Source of the DNA: Malacoraja senta
Lineage: Eukaryota
Assembly (NCBI GenBank): GCA_038087875.1
Contig: CM075987.1
Coordinates: 12,710,001-12,774,000 of the forward strand
Length of the DNA: 64,000 bases
Direction of reading: 5' to 3'
Part shown: piece by piece, positions 36,699 to 50,135 of the stretch
How the letters are laid out: every line of letters begins with the position of its first letter
Position numbering within the stretch: the first letter of the stretch is position 1
Made by a program: the position numbers and the translations under genes
The notes under the pieces: model-generated
Seen by the model: the letters and a program-made list of their open reading frames with translations, nothing else
The model's database searches: none
Told to the model about the DNA's origin: nothing

Positions 36699-37789
36699 GT
36701 GATTATGATTATGAATCTCTTCACTCAGGGGAAATGTCCTTCCATCATCAGCCTGTGAACCCAGTAAGAATTTTGGATTTTTTGATGAGATCCCCTCTCA
36801 TTCTTCCAAACACAGGTGCAAGTCTACCTAATCTCTACTCTTATTGCAAACCTGCTACCCTTGGAACTAGTCTATTTATCAAATGACTCCTTAAAATCCA
36901 AACCCGTGATATCTTGTTCATTCCTTTTATCAACTTGCTCTGCTATTCCATAATTCACAATTTTCTTCAACCAATCTGTACTGGCTTCACCCGATCAAAA
37001 TTTCCCCTGATATTGTTTCTGAAGGCCTCTTCACCTGCAAAGTTAAATGGTTGCTGCATGGCACATCCTTGTACCTATTTTAAAACAAAAATGCTACATT
37101 TGTCACATTCCAAGCCTTTGGTACCTCCACACCTAGGGTGGTGGTGAGGAAGATTGTGGCAAACCCCTGCTTCCCAGGCAACCAAGAATACATTTCATAC
37201 AGTCCTGGGAACTGGCTTAATTTAAGAATTATGCCCTATTAATTTCCACCCCATCTATTATCCCCACTTCTGCTTAAATTTTGGCTCTCCTGTGGTAAAG
37301 ACCAATTCAAAGTAATCATTCGTGGGAGTGTAACCTACATCTCTGTAAAGGTCACCCATTGTTCTGTCACAATCTTGTGCCAACGTTTGGTTTCACTTTA
37401 CTTGGCCAGATCCCCTCGCACTGCATTGAAGTTAGGCTATCTTCAATTAAATTGCTCTCAGATTGCACCTTGCTCTTCTTTGTTACCTTGCGGCCAGGTG
37501 TTCACTGTTCTTCAGGTGTGCTCCTGCTGAGCCATCTCATTCCTCTCAACCAGGTCCACGTGAGATGAATTCCTCATTGGGCAGGAAGCATACTAGTCAA
37601 AAGTCAAGAGCCTTTTATTGTCATATGTCCCAAAACGGAACAATGACAGCACAGAGGATGTGTAAATATCAAAGATAGATATAAAATGCGGGGCAGGCAG
37701 CATCGCTGGATAGAAGGAAAGGGTGACATTTCGGGTCGAGACCCTTCTTCTGGCTGAAGAAGGGTCTCAACCCGAAACATTTTGCCTTG

Positions 37790-38050
37790 TAGTAAGTGGT
37801 GGTGTGTAAGCCCTGCCACAGCTGCTGAGCATTCTCTTTCAGTCTTTTTGATGGTCTTATCAAGGTCGTATCTGGACTTCTTGTACGAGTCTGCATCACC
37901 AGACTTGACTGCCCAAGATCTGGTTCTCTGAAAAATGCAGACCTTCCGGTTCGTCCAGGGCTTCTGGTTGGGGAACACGCGAATGGTTTTCATGGGAACG
38001 CACTCCTACACACATTTCCGTGTAAAGTCGGTAGTAACTGATGCTTCTTG
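37790..38050 (-). mobile_element. Rex1/Babar LINE fragment
   Basis: KTIRVFPNQKPW...KSGDADSYKKSRYDLDKTIKK. Confidence 0.75.
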
Positions 38051-38344
38051 TGATTGTGGTTCAGAAATTCCTCCCTTGCCTTTGCCTTTTATTCCAACAT
38101 TATCCCAATCAATATTGGACACCCCCAGTGAGACCATTCTACAACCCTGTAATATACCTACACATGTACTCCTCTATGGTGAGAATCTGCCATTTAATGG
38201 CACTGCCAACAACAATAACATCCATCAATGTGCTAAAGATCTAGAGTAGACTGATTAGCTCGCTTGTTCTGATTTTCGTGAACATCACCATGCAAAAAAT
38301 AGTTGCTATTCTAAGATAAGCAAGAAAGTGTATCAGCATATTTA

Positions 38345-38960
38345 CTTTTTTTAGGCACCTGAAAAGGCTCACATGCCAACGAGGATTCTCTCAAATGTTG
38401 ACAGATGTGCTATAGAAAGTATTCTGTCTGGATGCATCTCAGCCTGGTATGGCAACCGCTCTGCTCATGATGCCTGTACCTGCTGAGCATGGTGAACAAA
38501 GCCCGGTCCATCACAGGTTTGTCATTTCCTTCCATCCAGCCCATCTTCATGGTGTCTGGCATTAGGAAGGCTGGAGTATAGTCAAGTCACCTGTCACCCT
38601 GGCCATTCCCTTTTCTCTCTTCTACCTTCTGAGAAAAAAATACAGGAGCTTGAAAGCTCAGACATCTAAACTTATTACGTTTCTTCCCCACTGCTATCTG
38701 ACTCCTGAACCAATCACCTCTTTCACCCACTTTTCCCCAAAGATGTTGCCTTGAAACCCTACCCAGTTACTCCATTATTATACTTTAGTATTTTTGCACT
38801 GCTTCAGATTGCACCAATCTTTGCACCAATCTGCTATTTTGCACTAATTGTTGTATTTATTGTTGTATTTATTACTACCATATACATTGTTTGTTCTGTG
38901 TGTTTCGTGCAAATAAGGAATTTCATTTCACTCTAGTGTATCTGACAATAATCTGAATCT
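38345..38960 (+). mobile_element. Rex1/Babar LINE 3' end
   Basis: RCAIESILSGCISAWYGN-like coding remnant, ending ...tgacaataa + tctgaatct tail. Similar pieces at about 39830-40390, 31665-32320 (minus) and 43965-44235. Confidence 0.7.
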
Positions 38961-41900
38961 GCACAGGAAATGCTGTTCTCTTGATATAGATGCTAATCTT
39001 TGCAATGTAAATAGCCTGGTTAGCTCAATTCTACACACTGCGACTCTAATCTCTGTATCATATATAAACTGCTTTTGATTGCAATAGATATAAACTCTGT
39101 TTTCTCTATAGTATACCCAGGGTCTGGTAGTTAATATAATATTTAGAAGGTCTAATCTCTAATTTAAATTGCTATTTTTCCCATGGCGTATCAATTCTCA
39201 TGGAACGCTAATTATAATACTCACATGCTCTGCTATTCTCTGTATCAATTGCTGGTATTACTACACTCTATAATATGTCCAGGGGTTCCCCATCTATATA
39301 TAGATATATATATAGAGAGATCTCGATGGTAACTGCATAATAAAGCATTCTAATTTGCAAAATAGTTGTTATCCTCAAAAATATACAAGGAAGCTGCTAT
39401 AATCATCCATAAACAGATATCTTCGACAATATACAAGAACAGATATTTGCCATAATCTCAGATGCGATTACCTATTTTACTATTCTTCACATTGTACGGG
39501 GCTGTTGGGCTTTATAAAATAAAGGAGCTGCTACTTTCTAAAGGTACAGGATAAACACAGCACCTGTTCTTTTCTTTAGTATAAAATAGGGTTGCAACAC
39601 TCCATAAAATATGTATGGCCTGCTATCCTCAGTAATATTTAAAGTAATATCCCCAGTAACATGCTCTGACAAATATGTAGGATCTGCACTTCTTTATAGT
39701 ATACACTGGGCACACTGCTGTCAAAGTACACAGGGGCTGCTGCTTTCTAAATTCTGCACTGAACTGCTAATGTTAGCTGTGTTCACAGCGGTTGGTATTC
39801 TATCCTCAGAAGACCATGGAAATTTGGCAGGTTTTCAACAAATCCTACCATCTTCTACAGCTTGGTTTGGCAACAGCTCCAGCCAACACTGCAAGAAATT
39901 GCAGAGTTGTCGATGTAGCCCAGTCCATCACACAAATCAGACTCCATCTACACTTTACACTGCCTTAGGGAAGCAGCCAACATAATCAAGGACCATTTTC
40001 ACCTTGGTCATTCCCTCTTCACCCCTCTTCCATCAGGCAAATGATACAAAAGCTTGAAAACACATACCACAAGATTCAGAAACAGTGTCTTCCTTGCTGT
40101 TATCAGACTCATGAGTTGACTACATTATCATAAGATAAGGGTGTAGTCCCAAACTCCCAATTTACCTCATTGCACTTTTTAAAAATATATGCACTTTCTC
40201 TTTAACTGTAATGCTGTGATGGGATAATGCTTTAACACTGTATTCAGCTCTCTGGTATTTTTCTCTTTGCACCACTACCTGCTCTATTTGGGCTGGGCTT
40301 GATTGTTCTCATGTGTGGCATGATTTGACTAGAAAGCATACAAAACAAAGTTGTTCACTGTATCTCAGTATGCATGACAATAATAAATCATCACCACCAA
40401 TAAACGTACTGGGTCCTAAACTCTATTACCTTGATTAACTACATTTCTCTTTAAAATATAAAGAGTGCTAATAACAAAATGCAGAGGGAATGATTGTCTC
40501 AAGTAAATTTATTAGTCCCAATTTAAATTATAATCTCCCCAGATATGTAGGTGCTAACTAAATACGTAGGGCTGTTACTCCCTAGGGACTGGGGTTATAA
40601 TCTGTGTGCAACATTGAGGCTGCTATCCTTTATAATCTGGATGATCAGTGTTATTTTCCAGAAAATCCACAGGAGTGGTTCTTCTTTCAAATATACACAG
40701 GACTTAATAATCTCCATAATATATGGAGGGTCTGCTATTTGTTGTTAGACAGAAAGGTCTCCATACTGTGTACAGGGGATGCTATTTTCGGTAATACTCA
40801 TTGTCTGTCAATCTCTGGGGCATTCAAAGTGAACTGTGCACAACACTTCAAGTGCAGCCTAACCAGTGTTTTGTAAATGTTCCACCCTTTATACTCTATG
40901 CCCCAACCGTTGAAGGCAAGAATGCCATATACCCTATTCATCCTCTATCTCCGTGTGTTGCCAGTTTCAACTGAGGACTTGACTTCATCAACGTTCCGTA
41001 GCATCCTACCATTTACTGTCCAAGTCCTGCTCCTACTTGACTTCCTAAAATACATCATCTAACATTTGTTGTGATTAAATTCCATCTGCCAATGCTCTGC
41101 CCAATGCTTTCCTTCTGATCTACATTCTGCAGCAGAGGGAATTTATTTAGTCAACAACCTTCTTCAAGAATAGAGGAAACAAACAACTTCTCCCCGTAAG
41201 GTGAATTTCTCTCGAGAATAAAACTGAGTGAGGGATGGTTGATTGAAGATGGACAAGTTGCATTTTATTCAGACACGAGCTAACGTACCAGACTCACTGC
41301 TGTGGTTAAGGAGGGTTGAAACTAAATTAGCAAGGGAATGGGCAAGGTCAAATAGAAGTAAAAGAAGAAGGAATTGGTGCATTAAGTCGTATTAAACGGC
41401 TATGGAGAAGGAAGTAGAATAATATTAAATTGGGGCAGATTAAGACAGATTGCTAGGAATACAACAACAGGTGTAAAATGGCATGTATTTAAACAAAAAA
41501 CTTGATGAATGAAGCTGGTAATTTGTAAGCACAAATAGCAGTGTGGGATTATAATACATGATGATCCCTGAATCATGATTCAAAGAAAAGTCACTTAATA
41601 TTCCTGGATCCAAAGTGATCAGAAAACACCATGTCTCCTAAGTTTACTGATGATGCAAAAACTGGTGCTTTGCTTGATGGTGAGGAGGGTGATCTTTGGC
41701 TACAGAATAATATTGATGAGTTGGCAGAGAACTAGCACTTGGAATTTAATCCAGAAAAAGGTGAGGATTGCTAATAAGGGTATGCAAAATGAATGATAGG
41801 GCCCTAAGGAGTTCTGCACAGCGGGATCTTGGTGTACATGTCCAAAGACCCGTAAAGGCAGCAGGATATAGAGATATGGTGGTGAAGAAAGGCAAATAGA

Positions 41901-42519
41901 ATATCAGCCAGGGCATGGCGTGAAAGTTATGGTATAACTATATACAACACAATAGGAATTTGATTACATTGGATAGGCCGTGGAGGAGATTCACCAGGAT
42001 GTTGTCTGGGATGGTGTATTTCAGTTCTGAGGAGTGACGAGATGGACTGTGTTTGTTTTCCTTGGAGCGAAAGGAGTGGGGAAGATGGAATATACCTGGT
42101 TTACAAATTATGAGGGATATTGACAGGGAAGATAATAGGAAGCTTTTCCCCATAGCAGAGATATCAAAAACTTGAGGACATGTTCATGGTATGGGGTAAG
42201 AGACTTAGAAGGGATTGAAGGAAGATTATTTTCACCTTTTGACTGTCATAGAATCTTTGAATTGTACAGCTCAGAAATAAGCTCTCTATGTGCTCTGCTT
42301 GGCTCACTTACACTAACTCCATTTGCCCGTGTTAGGACCGTATTCTTCTATATCTTGCATATCTTAGTATCTAGATCAATGTTTTAATTGTATCTGAATG
42401 CACTACCTCCTCTGACAGCATGTTCCAGATATCAACCAGACTCGACCCAGGATTTTCTTTAAAACTCCTTCCGCTCAGCTTTGAAACATCCCCAAAGCTG
42501 GGAATATTGACGATTGCTG

Positions 42520-43320
42520 CTATCTTTTAGTATCTTCAGTCCTGCTGAAGATAGTTCAGGTCTCAGCATAGGATCACTGCTATATTGTAGCCCATGAATT
42601 TTGTGTCAGAGGTCTTGATCTTCAAACACCCATATCCTCAATTGACTGGCAGCTGTGCGGCACATTGAAGATACTGGGAATCTATATCATTAATGTCTGC
42701 CTTTGGTGAGATGTGAATTCTCAGATCTGGGAAATAGTCCAGTTTTTCTAGGATCTAACCAAGTATTTTGATGGTAGAAGGGCATTGTGGTTGTTTTTGT
42801 GAATGTATAGGAAAGGAACTGCAGATGATGGTTTTCACCTAAGATAGACACAAAATGCTGGAGTAACTCAGCGGGACAAGCAGCATCTCTGGAGCGAAGG
42901 AATGGGTGACGTTTCGGGACACCCTCTTTCCAGAGAGCAGCCCGTCCCACTAAGTTGCTCCAGCATTTTGTGTCTATCTTTTTGTTTTTGTAAATGTTGA
43001 GTATACAGCCCATTCTCTGAAACACTTCAAATATGAGTTGATGATAACTTGGTCTCTGAGTGTGCACAATCACAAGGGTCATGTACAGGCAGCAGCTTGA
43101 TTACTGAGGCTGGCGTGACTGTAATTCCCAGGTGCTGACTGCATAGATTGAACAGTTTCCCATTAGCTTTGAGGATTAGCTCCACTTCTGAGGGAAGTCT
43201 TTTAGAGATGAAGTGCAGCTTTGCAGTGGGAAAGATTGAGATAGGTGTCAGGGCAATAAAGCATCCTTGTTTCACAGCTAATTTCACAGACCCTCGCTGG
43301 TTAGCACCATGGCTCACATG
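42520..43320 (-). mobile_element. RTE-clade LINE RT fragment
   Basis: VKQGCFIALTPISIF...GKLFNL resembles the RTE motif GVKQGCVxAPTLFSIF; interrupted by a Penelope-derived palindrome. Confidence 0.7.
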
Positions 43321-46300
43321 TCAGCAGGAAGCAAAAGTGCACGGGTGACAAATCTCTATGGGCAGACACACATTTGAGAACGATATTCCACTGTCCCCTC
43401 CCGATTGATAGGAATCAAAGATTGTAAAAAGTAAGCAGGTGGGAGCAAATAGGGATCGATGCATGGAAGTAGAAGGCAGCACTGAAATGCTAAATGTGTA
43501 CTTTGTATGGGATTTTACCAAGGAACAGGATGATGCCAAAATCTAAGTAGAAGAGGCCACAGAGATAATAGGTGGGGTGAAAAGCTAGACAGACTAATCA
43601 TATATAAACTATGCAAATCAGTATGCACCCTAATTTGCTGAAGGTGTCAATTTAACTTCCAAAGTGCAGAAGTCTTTAGAAACATTGAACAGGGAAATTA
43701 ATGGCATCTCAGAGGAACATTTATAGAAAAGTGCTGATATGGATTTGCTAAAGGCACATCATACTTGACTGATTGTATTTTTGCTAAGGTAACAAAAAAC
43801 ACTGTTGAAGGGACTATAGTAGATCCTGTTAAAAGTTAATTTTTGGACGGAGCTTCTGAAGTTCCACCATAACTGCAAAACTAAGAACACGGTAGACGCA
43901 CAGATAGAAAATTGGCTAAAGGGCAGAAAGTAGACAGCAGAAAGTACAGTAGAAAGTATAAAGTAGAACGTACAGGAGCCTGAAAACTGTAACGCCCAGG
44001 TTCAGGAATAGCTACTTCCCTACAGCCATCAGCATTCCCCACAACAACGAATAAGCTCTGAGCTCTGAACTGCAAAAGACTATTATTATTGCACTATATT
44101 TGTTATTTATTGAACTTTTTTTTCTCTCTTCCCCCGTTATGTACTATGTTTACAGATTCTGTTGTGCTGCAGCAAGTAAGAATTTCATTGTCCCATCTGG
44201 GACATATGACAATAAAACACTCTTGACTCTTGAGCAGGAAATGAAATAAAGACAAAAATTGTTGGAAACATATTTCCTTATTTTCCAGTTCTGATAAAGG
44301 GTCATTGATTTAACAGGTTCAACACTCTTGCTATCCCTATATATGCTGACTGATGTGCTGTGTGTCCCAGCACTTTCTGTTTGTATTTCAGACACGTAAA
44401 GGAATCCTGTGTGATATGGTATTAATTAATGCATTAAGAAAAAATTAATGCTTGGTTTACACTGCCGGAATCTTAGAAAACGGTACTAAAAAAACGACCT
44501 TTCAATCATTATTTTGAAGAGCTGGATGCTGGTCTCCCCTCAGAAGAATGCGACTTCAGCACACCGATGACCTTGGATTAGAACCAGGAAGATCTGACAC
44601 ACAACGGTTACCCAACACAAACTGTTAAGCTGAAGTAGTTCAATTTAGTTTTGTGTCCCAAGAGTTGCAGTGTGGCTGGACAGAAGATGAAGTGCAATAC
44701 TTGGGGTGGGCAAATATAGTGGCAGCTAACTGGAAGTTTATGGTTGCTCTTGCAGACTCAAAGATGGTGCTTCATGAGGTTTGGTGAAGTTTGAATGCAG
44801 TACAGCAGGTAGGAACAGGTGCAAGTAAAGTGCTGCTTCAGCTGGGACTATTTGGGTCCCTGGGTGATGGGGCAAGAAGAGGTCAAAGGACAGGTTCTTG
44901 CATCGCCTCCTCCACACTGGAGAAACCAAACCAAACTGAAGAAGGGTCTCGACCTCAAACCTCTCCCATTCCTTCTCTCCAGGCATGCTGCCTGGCCTGC
45001 TGAGTTACTCCAGCTTTTTGTGTCTATCTTGGGTTAAAACCAGCATCTGCAGTTCCTTCCTACACAACTTAAACCATGCTTGTTTTCTCACGTTTCCAAT
45101 TCCAATGATTGACCATTGACCTTAAATATTAGCGGTTTCTCTTGACAGATGCTGCCAGTGATACTGTGGAATTCTTTGCCACAGAAGGCTGTGGAGGTCA
45201 AGTCAATCGTTATTTTTAAAGCAGAGATAGATAGATTCTTGATTAGTACGGGTGTCGGGCTTTATGGGGAGAAGGCTGGAGAATGGGGTTAGGAGAGATA
45301 GATTAGCCATGATTGAATGGTGGAGTAGACGATGGGCCAAATGGCCTAATTCTGCTTCTATCACATGACCTTATGACCATTTCCAGTGTTTTCTGTCTTT
45401 GTTTCAGATATCCAGCATCTGTAAATTTTCCTGTGTGATATGGTATTAATTAATGCCATATCACACATATCAGTGATCAAAAGTCATCACTGATTTGATC
45501 GCGGAAATGCAGAGCAAACGTTCCTATTAGCAGGATTAAAGTGAACAGGTTTAAAAATATTGGAGAAAAGATTATAGAGGTCGGTGAGGAAAACCATTTA
45601 TCCACAGGGATTATTTATGATCTGGAACTCATTGCCTATCAGAGTGGTGGAATGTTAATCAGGGTTTTCAAAAGTCAATTGGATTGGATTTGATAGGCAC
45701 CTGAGAGAAAATAATATCCAAGGCTCTGTTAAAGAACTGGGGTACAGTACTGATAGAATGCCCTGTTTGGACTCCATGTGGACTGAATATCTCCTTTTTG
45801 TGTTTTATAGGTAGAGGGTTATTGACTATATATACCTCTTTTATATACCAAGTCTATTTTATATACCAGATCTGGTAATCTCTATTATTTATATAATTGT
45901 ACCTATTAATATTGTATGCCCCAGGAGCTACCTATTGCCATTGTATATAAATGCATTGCCTATCTGTCACATGCTCTAGGCCTGCCTATTTCTGTTATTT
46001 ATGCAGGTATGCCAAGACACTACTGCTGCATATAACAAATATGTACGCAGGTGCTTCCTGTCTGTAATATTCCCTGTGGCTGCTTATCTGTATATAAACG
46101 CTGTCTCTGTCTGTCTCTGATGTATACACAGGTGAAACCTCTCTCTTCCTATGTACGTGGGCTGCTTATCACTGTTCCGTACTGCCTTGCTCCACATGTG
46201 AGTAACAGTGTTTTCACACAGTGACCGTTGCTCATCAACAATATGCCTTAGTGAGTTCCCCTGTGGAAATATTCAACACCTTCTGACCCTTTGGCTCAAT

Positions 46301-48318
46301 ATAACACATAACCAACATACTGCTACTCCCAATCAAAATTGTTACTCTCACCATGAAAACACTCAGGTTCACATCTCAAACTGATCCTCCTGACAGCTTC
46401 AACCCCAGAGTGTAACCATTCAAAAGGCATGATCAGCAAAGATGGAGTCCAATGGTTTCTGAAAAAAACTGCTTAGAGCAGCTATTCCAGATTCCAGATT
46501 CAAATTAGATTAATTTACTGTCAGATACACCAGCATGCAATAAAATGTATTATTTGCTTATATTCACACCAATGATAGATGTAACTACAAATGACAACCA
46601 TGAATGCAAAACTGCAGAATCGTGCAAAGATTGTAATGCAATCTATAGTAGAGCAAAAAAATACATAAGTGCAATAACTATAATCATTTGAGGAAGAGGT
46701 AAGTGTTTCTGGTAGCTCCTCTGTGAAAGGCATGTGATAGGGCTGATTGGTTCAGGATATAGAAATAAAAAAACTGCAGATACTGGTTTATACCAAAGAT
46801 AGGCACAAAGTGCTGGAGTAACTCAGTGTGTCAGGCAGCATCTCTGGAGAGGTTTTGTGTCTATCTTCGGATGGAAGAAAGTAATCAGCCTGCGATTGAC
46901 TGGGCTGTGTCCACCACTGTGACATGCCGAATCTCCTCACATGCCTAAGAAATTGCTAAGTCATGGCCAACTCTGTTTTGCCCACCAAGGCCAAGCACTG
47001 GCACCAAACCACTGTACTGGCACTACCTATCTTCATTATGGACACAGGGCCTGTAAAAATGTGTACACAGGGGCTGCCCATCGCAAATTTATACATTGGA
47101 TCTATATGAAACACAGGTTTGCCACGTATCGTAACTCCCATTTTCACAGTGGCTGCAATTTGCTATTGTTTATTAAGGTCTGGCAGGAATGGGATGCCAT
47201 TTATTCAGAATACATAGATACATAGACAATAGGTGCAGGAGTAGGCCATTCGGCCCTTCGAGCCAGCACCGCCATTCAACGTGATCATGGCTGATCAGCC
47301 ACAATCAGTACCCCGTTCCTGCCTTCTCCTCATATCCCTTGATTCGGCTAGCCCTGAGACCTCTATCCAACTCTCTTTTGAATGCATAGTGTGAATCAGT
47401 CTCCACTGCCTTCTGAGGCAGAGAATTCCACAAATTCACAACTCTCAGGGAATCAGGTAGCATCAGGCTGTAGTTGTGTCTCTGTGTAACACAGGAAACC
47501 CACAGCAACGCTACTGCTTTGGCTCCACCCCATCACTGGATTCCTGCTATGGTTGAGAATAGGAGGCCACAGTCTCTGCAGTCTATGTACCAAAGCTCTT
47601 TGATTCAAAGTTGCACTCTTAAAAGCACTCCTGCCTGTGACTTTTTTTTTCGTGATGCCTCTGAATTTCCTCCAGTTTGAAAGGACAGGAACAGTGCAAA
47701 AGATCTGTTGGAGAGTGAAACTAAAACATGAAAGGCCAACGACGGGCAGTTCACAGGCAGAGAGAGAAATAGAGAGAGCACCGTATCCTCTCCCTGGCCT
47801 CAGGGGAGGTGTGTGAGAAAGCCTGCTGACTTCTAACCACTGTGGGAAAGTGGGGGGATGGGCCCAAGCAGAGTCAGGTTTCACTCAGATTTACACAGCA
47901 ATGAAGTCTGCATTCCAAAGAGAGGCCACTGCTGGGAGAAACAGGAAGATCACCTGAAACAAAAGGTAATTTCAGACTCACATCCACAACACTGATAAAA
48001 AAAACCCCACCACTTTATGATTTTGAAAACTGCCAAATTTAACACTTCCAAGGAGGACAAAAAACCTCTCCCTCTGAAGTGTCCTGAATATCGCAACAAA
48101 TGTGTGGAGGAAGTCAGACATGTGAAGTGCTGTGGGAAAGGAGTGTGAGAGAGGGTGTGTGGTGTGTAAGAGGATGGCGTGAGAGGTTAATGTGGGGGAG
48201 GCGTCGTGAGGTGGCAGTGTGGGAAGATGATGCAAGGGGGTGGGAGTGCTTCATAGAATAGGTATGTTGTGTGGTGTAAGGGTGGTTTGCAGTGTGGGTG
48301 GGGGTGGTGCATAGGATA

Positions 48319-48630
48319 TGTTTAGTTTAGTTTAGAGATACAGCGCGGAAACCGGCCCTTCGGCCCACCGAGTCTGCACCGACCAGCAATCCCCGAACAT
48401 TAACACTATCCTACACACACTAGGGACAATTTTAAATTGACACCAAGCCAATCAACCTACAAACCTGTACTTCTTTGGAGTGTGCAAGGAAACCAAAGAT
48501 CTCAGAGAAAACTCAGGCAGGTTGCAGGGAGAATGTACATACTCCGTACAGACAGCACCCGTTGTCAGGATCGAACCCGGGTCTCTAGCAATGTAAGGTG
48601 GCAACTCTACCGCTGCGTCACCATGCCACC
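48319..48630 (-). mobile_element. tRNA-derived SINE, same family
   Basis: gtttagtttagtttagagatacagcgcggaaa...caggatcgaacccggg...ctaccgctgcgtcaccatgccacc. Confidence 0.85.
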
Positions 48631-49295
48631 CTGTGTCCGAGGTGGTTTGTGGGGGTCGTCTGTGGGGGTGATGTGTGTGGGGTGATGTGTGGCCAAAGCA
48701 AAGTTATATTCAATGCCCAACTGATGAAGGCAAGCATACCATATGCCTGCTTTACCTCACTATCTACTTGGGGGGGGGGGGGGGTGTGCATGTGTGTGTG
48801 TGTGTTTTGCATGGTGGGTGTGAGTGGGGGTAAATGGGGAGTTGTGGGGGTGAATAGTGTGTGTGGGGGTATGCACATGGTTTGTGTGTGTAGGCATTGC
48901 TCTGTGGAGGTGGTGTGTGCGCATTGGGGTTGTTTTTTTTGGGTGGGAATGGCGTGTGGGGAGTGGAGTGTGGGGGGGTGGTGGTGTTGTTTGGAGGTAG
49001 GGATAATACATGTGGAGTGTGGGGCTAATGTGTGGGGAGTGGGGCTGGTGTGTGGGAGTGATGTGTGAGGTGTGGAGGGTGGTGGTGGGCTGTGGAGATG
49101 GAGGGGCAGTGAATGGGAATGGTGTTTGGGAGGTGGGGGGGGGTGGATATGTGTGAGGTGTGGAGTGTGGTTAGGGGTGGTGGGGTATTGAGTAGAGGTG
49201 GTGTTTGGGAGGTGACAGTGGGCTGTGGAGGTGGAGGGGTGGCGAGCATGGATGTTGCATAGGGTGGCTATGGGGATTGGTGTGGAGATGTGGTC
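48630..49295. repeat. G/T-rich low-complexity tract (also 48100-48315)
   Basis: Degenerate (GT/GGT/GGGGT)n sequence. Confidence 0.85.
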
Positions 49296-50135
49296 TTCCC
49301 TCTGCCGACACACACTTCCTATCCCCACACACCCTCCCAACATGCTGGTGAGATGATATAGTGGGCAAAGGTGGGTAGGGACAGCTATTGGGATGTTTCA
49401 TGGAGGCATTGTGGCACACCACAGAAACTGGCCCATTGGCCCATCATTTCAATACAATCATAAAATGCTATCGCCATTAATCTCTTTTACTAGCACGTGA
49501 TCTGTAGGCCTTTCTCTTGGTGATTCTCGTGCTTGTTTGGGTACTCATTAAAAGTTGTATCTGCCTGCACCAATCACTCAGATAGTGTGTTTCAGTTTTT
49601 AACCACTCTGAGTGAACAGATTCTGCCTCAGATCTCTTCCTTACTCCTTACACTCTGCCCCAAACCCATGCCCTCTGGTTACAGATACCACCAATCTACC
49701 CTATCTATGCCTCTCATAGTTTTGTCTACCTCTCAGGTCCTTCCATGTTCCGAGTGAAAAAACCCAGCCTATCCAGTTTCTCCTCATAACGGCCTCACAG
49801 CACCAGGGACCCGGGTTGAATCTTGACCTCGGGTGTCATCTGTATGGAGTTTGCATGTTCTCCCTGTGATCGTGTGGGGTTCCTACTGGTGCTCTGGTTT
49901 CCTCCTACATCCCAAAGACATGCTGGTTTGTAGGTTAATTGGCCTCTGTAACTTTCCCCGAGTGTCGGGAGTAGATGAGAAAGTGGGATAACATAGAAAT
50001 AGTGTGAACTGGCGATCGATGGCCGGCATAGACTCAGTGGGCTGAAGGGCCTGTTTCCTTGTTATATCTTTTAATCAAACTGAAATAGTCCATCCCAGGC
50101 TACATCCTGGTAAATCTCCTCCGTACCCTCTAAAG

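Noticed and set aside
40551-40876. Protein-looking ORFs, considered as an endogenous viral remnant
   Set aside because: They lie in a degenerate tandem array and show no viral or transposon motif I recognise.
47880-47965. Possible EXD3 exon after the minus-strand acceptor ttttgtttcAG
   Set aside because: All three frames stop quickly and none resembles EXD3.
48132-48225. Two more GTGGGAA motifs
   Set aside because: They lie in a G/T-rich low-complexity tract where the motif arises by chance.
48598-49343. His/Pro/Thr-rich and Val/Gly/Cys-rich ORFs (also 15148-15630 and 7422-7867)
   Set aside because: Translations of simple repeats.
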